Assembly (NCBI RefSeq): GCF_000025945.1
Contig: NC_006138.1
Location: 1,500,001-1,532,000 of the forward strand
Direction: 5' to 3'
Length of the DNA: 32,000 nucleotides
From: Desulfotalea psychrophila LSv54
Lineage (GTDB): Bacteria > Desulfobacterota > Desulfobulbia > Desulfobulbales > Desulfocapsaceae
Below are positions 25,929-32,000 of this stretch, one piece after another (the first letter of the stretch is position 1; every line of letters begins with the position of its first letter). A program made the translations under genes and the position numbers. Under the pieces are notes generated by a model. That model ran no database searches. It saw nothing but the letters and a program-made list of their open reading frames with translations, and was not told the origin of the DNA.

Positions 25929-26437
25929 ACTGTCACCTCTTGGGTAGGTTTATTTGCTCTGCAATAGAGAGAGAGGTCTTTGTGAAATTTTAAAGACCCA
26001 TGTTTTTTATAAACTATTGTTGAAATCAATTAAAAATATCTTTTAGGAGACTACCTCCGCTTGCGCCTGGTTGACTTGGGTCAGAGAGACCTGTCTCTGT
26101 ACCTTTTTCCCAATGAGCCCTCGGGAGGATTCTTGAGAGAAATGGCGATTCAGTCTGGGCAATTTTTGATTTTATAGGGGTAGAAAAAGTGGTTTTTTCT
26201 TTTGTCATTAAATGCTTGTCTATTTTATTTTATCATGGAAGAGGAGAATGTACATATAAATAGATATTGTTAGGGGAAATAGGGTATTTTGGTGTTATTG
26301 ATCTTTTTTTCAGGGTTAGATCTGCCTGGTTGAGTAATGGCACGAGTTTTTTTCTTGCCTTCAAATTTGCTGATTACTACCATTTGACACGTTTGATAAT
26401 CAAATCTTTGATTCATTTAATATAATGTGAGGAAAGA

Positions 26438-29149
26438 ATGTCCCAGTGCATATACGAATTTGGTCCGAAAAAAACTGATGGTGACTCCAGCCAGAAAGAC
26501 CTTCTGGGTGGCAAGGGTGCGAATCTTGCTGAAATGGCGAAACTTGGTTTACCGGTACCTCCTGGCTTTACGATCTCTACGGAATGCTGCAACGACTATT
26601 TTGAGCTTGGCGGTAATCTTCCGGACATTCTCGATGCACAAATTTTTGCAGCCATGGCCAATGTAGAATCTCAGATGGGGATGGGCTTTGGTGATTTTGA
26701 AAATCCACTCCTGGTTTCCTGTAGATCGGGGGCAAGAAGTTCCATGCCGGGAATGATGGAAACTATTTTGAATGTGGGGCTCTGCTCCACGACCATTCCG
26801 GGTTTGATAAAAAAGACCGGTAATGAGTGGTTTGTCTATGATGCTTATCGTCGTCTGATCATGATGTATTCCGATGTGGTCATGGAAAAGGCTGAGGAAC
26901 TCAAGCCTAAGGATGGTATGGGTATTCGTTTAAGTCTTGAGATGATGATGAATAATCTCAAGAATGACAAGGGCTATGCTAACGATACCGATATTTCCAT
27001 CGAAGATATGAAGAACCTCTGCGAGCGGTTCAAAAAGAAGATCAGTGAAGATCTTGGTCTTGATTTTCCCGATGATCCTAGAGAGCAGTTGATGGGGTCT
27101 ATTGGTGCCGTTTTCAAGAGCTGGAATGGAAGACGAGCTGTAGCCTATCGACGTATTGAGCATATTCCCAATAGCTGGGGTACTGCCGTTAATGTTCAGA
27201 GCATGGTTTTTGGTAATATGGGAGATACCTCGGCCACGGGAGTTGCCTTTACCCGTGATCCTGCCACGGGACAAAATAGTTTCTATGGTGAGTGGTTGGT
27301 TAATGCTCAGGGTGAAGATGTGGTGGCGGGTATTCGTACCCCAAATCCTCTTAATCTGGACACCAAAAATAGCCAGAATGGCCACCTCTCCTCCCTGGAA
27401 GAGATGATGCCAGAGCTTTATACTCAGCTCTTTGATATTAGAAATCTTTTGGAAGATCACTATCAGGATATGCAGGATATTGAGTTTACTATCCAGGAGG
27501 GACGTCTCTATATGCTGCAGTGTCGTATTGGTAAGCGAACGGCAACGGCAGCCTTGAATATGGCCATGGATATGCTCGACGAGGGTAGAATTGATGAAAA
27601 GACCATGCTCTGCCGGCTTGAGCCTAAGATCCTTGATGACCTTCTGCATCCCATTGTTGACCCCGAGGCTGAAAAGCATGCAGCTGTTGTGGCAGAGGGT
27701 CTGCCAGCAGGACCTGGTGGAGCCTATGGCCAGATTGTATTCACCTCCGAAGATGCGGTTCGCTGGGCCAAGGCCGATAAAAAGGTTATTTTGGTTCGGG
27801 AAGAGACCAATCCGGAAGATATCGAGGGTATGCGCGCTGCCATAGCCGTTCTTACTGCCCGTGGTGGCATGACCTCCCATGCAGCCCTTGTGGCCCGTGG
27901 TTGGGGCAAGTGTTGTATCGTCGGTGCCGGTGTTTTAAAAATAAATCTTGAAACTAAAGAGCTTCGAGTGGGAACTCGGGTCTTCAAAGAGGGTGATCTC
28001 TTTACCCTGAACGGTACCAAGGGTACTGTCTATGAAGGCCAGCTGAAGATGAAGGATGCTACGGAAAATCCTAAGTTTAAAAGGTTTATGGAAATTGCCG
28101 ATAGTCATCGTACTCTGAGGGTTCGGGCTAATGCCGATACTCCGGAGGATGCGAAAATAGCCCGGGAGTTTGGGGCCGAAGGTGTAGGCCTCTTTAGAAC
28201 TGAGCATATGTTCTATGGAACTGATTCAGACAGGCCTTTGTTCCTTTTGCGTAAAATGATACTTAGTAAGACCGTGGCAGAGAGAAAAGAAGCCCTGGCG
28301 GAACTGTTTCCCTTTGTTAAGGAAGAGATCGGTAAAACCCTTGCCATCATGGATGGGATGCCCGTGACCATGCGTCTGCTTGATCCGCCCCTGCATGAAT
28401 TTGTCCCTCAGCTTGTGGAAAATCAGCAGGAAATTGCCGATGCTTTGAGAATTGATCTGGAAGAGGTCATTAAGCGAAGCGAGCAGTTGAAGGAATCAAA
28501 TCCAATGATGGGCCATCGTGGTGTCCGTTTAGGCATTACCTACCCTGAAATTATTGAGATGCAGGTTCTGTCTATTTTCGAAGCGGCTGCTGAACTCATT
28601 CAGGCAGGAAAAACACCACAACCGGAGATTATGGTGCCTGTAACCTGTAATGAGAAGGAACTCGACTTTGCCCGTAAGATTGTTGATCGTTGTTATGAGC
28701 AGACCTTGGAAAAATATGGCCTTGAATCCATTGGCTATATGTATGGCACCATGATCGAAATTCCTCGTGCGGCCCTGATTGCAGAGAAGATGGCAGAGCA
28801 CGCTCAGTTCTTCTCTTTTGGAACCAACGATTTAACCCAGATGACCTTTGGCTTTTCCCGGGATGATGTTGGCGCTTTGATGAACGACTATCTTGATAAT
28901 GGCATTTTGGTAGCGGATCCCTTTGAGACTCTGGATCAGGAGGCCGTGGGTAGTTTGATTACAACAGCTGTAGATGGAGGGCGTAGGGCCAGACCGGATA
29001 TTAAGCTTGGTATCTGCGGAGAACATGGTGGTGATCCTGCCTCGGTGGAATTTTGCCATCGAGCTGGTTTGACCTATGTCTCTTGTTCGCCTTATAGGGT
29101 GCCTATCGCTAGATTGGCAGCAGCTCAGGCGGCGATTAAGTTTAACTAA
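26438..29149 (+). CDS. ppdK: Pyruvate, phosphate dikinase
   Basis: 903-aa ORF. It has the N-terminal ATP-grasp signature (LLGGKGANLAEMAKLGLPVPPGFTI), the phospho-His swivel motif (GGMTSHAALVARGWGK) and a C-terminal PEP/pyruvate TIM-barrel (FFSFGTNDLTQ). Confidence 0.95.
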   Translation: MSQCIYEFGPKKTDGDSSQKDLLGGKGANLAEMAKLGLPVPPGFTISTECCNDYFELGGNLPDILDAQIFAAMANVESQMGMGFGDFENPLLVSCRSGARSSMPGMMETILNVGLCSTTIPGLIKKTGNEWFVYDAYRRLIMMYSDVVMEKAEELKPKDGMGIRLSLEMMMNNLKNDKGYANDTDISIEDMKNLCERFKKKISEDLGLDFPDDPREQLMGSIGAVFKSWNGRRAVAYRRIEHIPNSWGTAVNVQSMVFGNMGDTSATGVAFTRDPATGQNSFYGEWLVNAQGEDVVAGIRTPNPLNLDTKNSQNGHLSSLEEMMPELYTQLFDIRNLLEDHYQDMQDIEFTIQEGRLYMLQCRIGKRTATAALNMAMDMLDEGRIDEKTMLCRLEPKILDDLLHPIVDPEAEKHAAVVAEGLPAGPGGAYGQIVFTSEDAVRWAKADKKVILVREETNPEDIEGMRAAIAVLTARGGMTSHAALVARGWGKCCIVGAGVLKINLETKELRVGTRVFKEGDLFTLNGTKGTVYEGQLKMKDATENPKFKRFMEIADSHRTLRVRANADTPEDAKIAREFGAEGVGLFRTEHMFYGTDSDRPLFLLRKMILSKTVAERKEALAELFPFVKEEIGKTLAIMDGMPVTMRLLDPPLHEFVPQLVENQQEIADALRIDLEEVIKRSEQLKESNPMMGHRGVRLGITYPEIIEMQVLSIFEAAAELIQAGKTPQPEIMVPVTCNEKELDFARKIVDRCYEQTLEKYGLESIGYMYGTMIEIPRAALIAEKMAEHAQFFSFGTNDLTQMTFGFSRDDVGALMNDYLDNGILVADPFETLDQEAVGSLITTAVDGGRRARPDIKLGICGEHGGDPASVEFCHRAGLTYVSCSPYRVPIARLAAAQAAIKFN

Positions 29150-29173
29150 CCGTTTTTAAGTTATAAGAAAAAA

Positions 29174-29207
29174 GGCTGTATTCCCAAGAGGAATACAGCC
29201 TTTTTTT
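29174..29207. terminator. Bidirectional intrinsic terminator between ppdK and the PDRP gene
   Basis: 11-bp perfect stem ggctgtattcc / ggaatacagcc with a 5-nt loop, A-run upstream and T7 downstream. Confidence 0.8.
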
Positions 29208-29220
29208 GTTTGTGGCCTCT

Positions 29221-30072
29221 CTAATCTTTGAGATGGGCTTGGGCCTTGAATCTGCGGGTAATCATTTCAGCAATCTCTTCAGCACTGGTCTCGATCGGCT
29301 TATTGCTAACGTCAATCATGGAAAAGCCCTTGGTAATGTAATACTTTTGGGCGGTTTGCACCTCCACCTCCACCTCCTGTCTACGTGAGTAGGCATGCAT
29401 ATCAGATGTACCGAGGCTTTCCTGACGCATCTTTCTGTGGGATAAGAGTTGTTCTATATTGATATTGAGGGCAATGACCCGACGTCGATCCACCTCATCC
29501 AGGGTCTGGGGCATGGGCACACCCGGTACGTAGGGGATATTGGCAACCTTCCAGCCCATAACTCCCATATACATGGAGAGGGGGGTCTTGCCTGCCCGTG
29601 ACAGGCCGACGAGGATTATTTCTGCCTCGTCCAGGGATTCAGGTCTGAGGCCATCATCATGGGCCAGAGCAAAATCAATGGCAGTGACCTGTTTGAGATC
29701 GACCTGGTGTGTCTCCCGGTAAAGTCCGGGCTTGCCCAGAGGGCGGATGCTGAGAAAGGTTTCAATTTTGTTGAGGACCTGTCCCATAAGGTCAATGGTC
29801 ACGATCTTATGCTCTTCAGCCTTGGTGACCAGATACTGTCGTAGGTTGGGTTCTACAATGGTGTGGGCAATAAGGCTTTCGACATCTTTGACCCGGTCGA
29901 GGAGGTGATCCACCTGACTTTCTGTGCGGATATGGGGTACCTTGACTACAGTGATATCGCTGTCTGGAAATTGTACCAGGGTTGATTCTACCAGGTGAAA
30001 GGCATTAATTCCTTCACCGCAGGAGGCAATGTAAATCATTTTGAAATTGTTAGAAACGGTTTGATCCATCAT
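29221..30072 (-). CDS. Pyruvate,phosphate dikinase / PEP synthase regulatory protein (bifunctional kinase-pyrophosphorylase, DUF299/PpsR family)
   Basis: 283 aa with the family P-loop IILVGLSRAGKTPLSMYM. It is convergent with ppdK. Confidence 0.87.
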   Translation of the reverse strand: MMDQTVSNNFKMIYIASCGEGINAFHLVESTLVQFPDSDITVVKVPHIRTESQVDHLLDRVKDVESLIAHTIVEPNLRQYLVTKAEEHKIVTIDLMGQVLNKIETFLSIRPLGKPGLYRETHQVDLKQVTAIDFALAHDDGLRPESLDEAEIILVGLSRAGKTPLSMYMGVMGWKVANIPYVPGVPMPQTLDEVDRRRVIALNINIEQLLSHRKMRQESLGTSDMHAYSRRQEVEVEVQTAQKYYITKGFSMIDVSNKPIETSAEEIAEMITRRFKAQAHLKD

Positions 30073-30220
30073 AAGAGAGGCCTTTTGTAAGCTTTTTTTT
30101 TGGGGTTAAGAATAAATTCATACAAAACCCAGCCCTAAGAGTCAAACCCTAAGGAGTTTGATTCTCTGGCTGATTAAGAGAAAAATTGGCGTCTATTCTC
30201 CGTTCTTTCAGTTTTCCGGT

Positions 30221-31147
30221 CTATATCTGCCCATGGTAAAAGAAATCATAAAATGTGGCACTTTCTTTCTGTAGTAGTCCTACTTCAGCTAGTTGGAAAC
30301 GGACCTTGTCTCCGGGCTTTCTTTGGGCAAGGCGGAAGATATCGCGTTGGCAGATAACGCCAACGATGGGATAGCCTCCCGTGCACTGGCGGTCGTTGAG
30401 GAGGATTATAGGCTCACCCGCTGACGGGATCTGGATGGCCCCGCAGGGGACACCTGTTGAGAGGATATTGTTGCCCGTTCGTAGGAGAGGAGTGCCATTG
30501 AGGCGATAGCCCATTCGGTCGGCGTCGTTGCTCACCGTATAGACCTTACTGAGAAATTCCTTAATGCTCTCTGGCTGAAACTCTGCAAAATGATAGCCGG
30601 CGGTAAAGCGGAGGATGAGTTCCTCTTGGTAGTCCGGTATCCATTTTTTCGGTAGACGATAAGGGGCTGCCGTAGCCGGGCTCTTGTAGTGTAACCTATC
30701 ACCTGCCGCTAGCTTTTTGCCATCATTGCCGCCGGTAACTTCTCGGATTACCGTGGAGGAACTGCCAAAAAATTGTGAGGTGGAAAAGCCGCCCGCCAGG
30801 CTGAGATAGGATCGCAGTCCCGTTTTCATGATGCCAAAGCTTAACTTGTCGCCCGGGTAAACGGCTATGGAGGACCAGTTGGGGATATTGACTCCATTGA
30901 TCTTTGCCTCCATCTCTGCCCCGGTTATGGCGATGCGGCTAGGCGCATCGAAGAGAAAGGAGCTGTTGCCGACCAGTATCTCCAGGGCTGGTGTTTCAGG
31001 ATGATTTTGTAGAATTCTGTTTGCCCAAAAGAAGGCATGCTTGTCCAGGGCTCCGGCTTCAGCCAGCCCCAGTTGTTGGCATTTTTCTCGGCCCTGATCC
31101 TGGATTGTTGTCAAGAATCCGCCCGTAAGTACCTGCATGGTGGCCAT
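30221..31147 (-). CDS. pxpC: 5-oxoprolinase subunit C / biotin-dependent carboxyltransferase-like protein (KipA, allophanate hydrolase subunit 2 family)
   Basis: 308 aa with a family-typical sequence (…GGFLTTIQDQGR…GAIQIPSAGEPIILLNDRQCTGGYP…). Its start overlaps the pxpB stop (TAATG). Confidence 0.85.
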   Translation of the reverse strand: MATMQVLTGGFLTTIQDQGREKCQQLGLAEAGALDKHAFFWANRILQNHPETPALEILVGNSSFLFDAPSRIAITGAEMEAKINGVNIPNWSSIAVYPGDKLSFGIMKTGLRSYLSLAGGFSTSQFFGSSSTVIREVTGGNDGKKLAAGDRLHYKSPATAAPYRLPKKWIPDYQEELILRFTAGYHFAEFQPESIKEFLSKVYTVSNDADRMGYRLNGTPLLRTGNNILSTGVPCGAIQIPSAGEPIILLNDRQCTGGYPIVGVICQRDIFRLAQRKPGDKVRFQLAEVGLLQKESATFYDFFYHGQI

Positions 31148-31839
31148 TATAATATCCCCCCAAGTGCTAAAAACTCATCCCGGTTGATGGATTTGAACTG
31201 AACCATATCACCCTGTTGAAAAAGAGAGGGTTGTTCTCTTTTAGAATCAAAGACCGTAGTCGGTGTCCGGCCGATAATATGCCAGCCACCGGGCATCTCG
31301 ATGGGGTAGATTGCCGTTTGAAAATCGGCAATGGCGACGCTTCCCACGGGGATTTTTAGCTGTGGGGTCTTCCGGCGTGGCAGCTGCATCTGCTTTGGCA
31401 GATCTCCCATATAGGCGTATCCTGGACAAAATCCAAGCATATAGACAAAGAATGGAGAGGCCGTATGTCCTGCAATCAACTCCTCCAGGCTCAGGTTCAT
31501 ATCGGCTGTTATTTCATCTAGATATTCTGCTACTTCATGGTTGTAGTAGGTGGGGATCTCAATGATCTTGCCACGTCCGCTCTCTACTTTGGCCTCCATG
31601 GCAAGACTGGCCTCTACCTGTGCCAGAAAATCCCCATGCAAGTAGGGTTTGAAGGTGATAAGCAGGGCATTGTAGGAGGCAATGATATTGAGAATGCTCT
31701 CTCCCAACTCTGCTTCGATGACCCTTGCGCAGCTGGCAATATAGAGCGAAAGCGTCGTGCTGGCGGTCTCTCCGTATTTAATAAGCAGGGAGTTTTCCGA
31801 GACTGGGCTGATGGTATAGGGGATAGTTTTTTTATGCAT
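31147..31839 (-). CDS. pxpB: 5-oxoprolinase subunit B (KipI, allophanate hydrolase subunit 1 family)
   Basis: 230 aa. Family pattern …VYMLGFCPGYAYMG…PRRKTPQLKIPVGSVAIA…IYPIEMPGGWHIIGRTP. Confidence 0.85.
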   Translation of the reverse strand: MHKKTIPYTISPVSENSLLIKYGETASTTLSLYIASCARVIEAELGESILNIIASYNALLITFKPYLHGDFLAQVEASLAMEAKVESGRGKIIEIPTYYNHEVAEYLDEITADMNLSLEELIAGHTASPFFVYMLGFCPGYAYMGDLPKQMQLPRRKTPQLKIPVGSVAIADFQTAIYPIEMPGGWHIIGRTPTTVFDSKREQPSLFQQGDMVQFKSINRDEFLALGGIL

Positions 31840-32000
31840 GCTCTTCTATGATTGTTTTAAACTCTTTAATGAGATGAGCCCCGTCGCCATCCCCGTGAAC
31901 GCAGAGGGAATCAATGGGAAAGTTGAGCGTATTACCAGCCCTTGAGAGAATGGCCCTGCCCAGGCAACAGTTCTTTACTCGCTGAATCATTTCAGCCTTT
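31832..32000 (-). CDS. pxpA: 5-oxoprolinase subunit A (LamB/YcsF family), C-terminal end only (truncated by the window edge)
   Basis: My own translation of the minus strand gives ...NFPIDSLCVHGDGDGAHLIKEFKTIIEEHA*. The CVHGD motif is typical of LamB/YcsF. The stop overlaps the pxpB start by 8 nt. Confidence 0.65.
   Translation of the reverse strand, partial: KAEMIQRVKNCCLGRAILSRAGNTLNFPIDSLCVHGDGDGAHLIKEFKTIIEEHA

Noticed and set aside
26421-26426. Perfect TATAAT upstream of ppdK as a -10 box
   Set aside because: It lies only 11 nt before the ATG, so a transcript starting after it would lack the GAGGAAAG Shine-Dalgarno. The nearest TTGACA is 31 nt upstream, which is the wrong spacing.
26930-27880. 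316-aa ORF antisense to ppdK
   Set aside because: It lies entirely inside, and antisense to, a strongly supported conserved gene. Its composition is low-complexity and non-protein-like, and I see no Shine-Dalgarno. This is a typical shadow ORF.
1-32000. Search for CRISPR arrays, tRNA/rRNA genes, IS elements or transposases, integrases and known defence genes
   Set aside because: I saw no regularly spaced direct repeats, cloverleaf-like tRNA sequences, transposase or integrase-like ORFs, or terminal inverted repeats on either strand.

Overview
This window looks like ordinary chromosomal sequence from an anaerobic, probably deltaproteobacterial or sulfate-reducer-like genome. That guess rests only on gene content and a mid-range GC judged by eye. 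All calls come from reading the ORF translations and the DNA; no similarity search was run.

Gene order:
- recC (3' end), recB and recD, translationally coupled
- two tandem rarD/EamA paralogs
- a PNPOx-like flavoprotein
- a Mo/W-type ABC importer (modABC-like) behind a long structured leader
- a small membrane protein, a PF06189-type 5'-nucleotidase and a PepSY protein
- a long minus-strand array: ferredoxin-nitroreductase, TRAP dctPQM, a Trp/Tyr-family permease, a NitT/TauT ABC importer fused in an operon with a 2-hydroxyacyl-CoA-dehydratase/double-cubane-cluster (DCCP) family protein, and a membrane-anchored hypothetical
- ppdK convergent with its regulatory kinase (PDRP)
- pxpC, pxpB and the 3' end of pxpA

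I saw no rRNA, tRNA, CRISPR, IS or phage genes, and no recognisable defence system.

Most noteworthy:
- Three independent single-base-insertion frameshifts, in recD motif VI, a small membrane protein, and the permease at a G5 run.
- An orphan DCCP-family metalloenzyme co-operonic with an ABC importer and lacking an adjacent activase.
- Two tiny, translationally coupled hydrophobic ORFs in a 740-bp AT-rich spacer.
- A roughly 330-nt leader with terminator-like hairpins upstream of the Mo/W transporter.

I found no clearly novel multi-gene system. The DCCP-ABC operon is the best candidate for undescribed biology.
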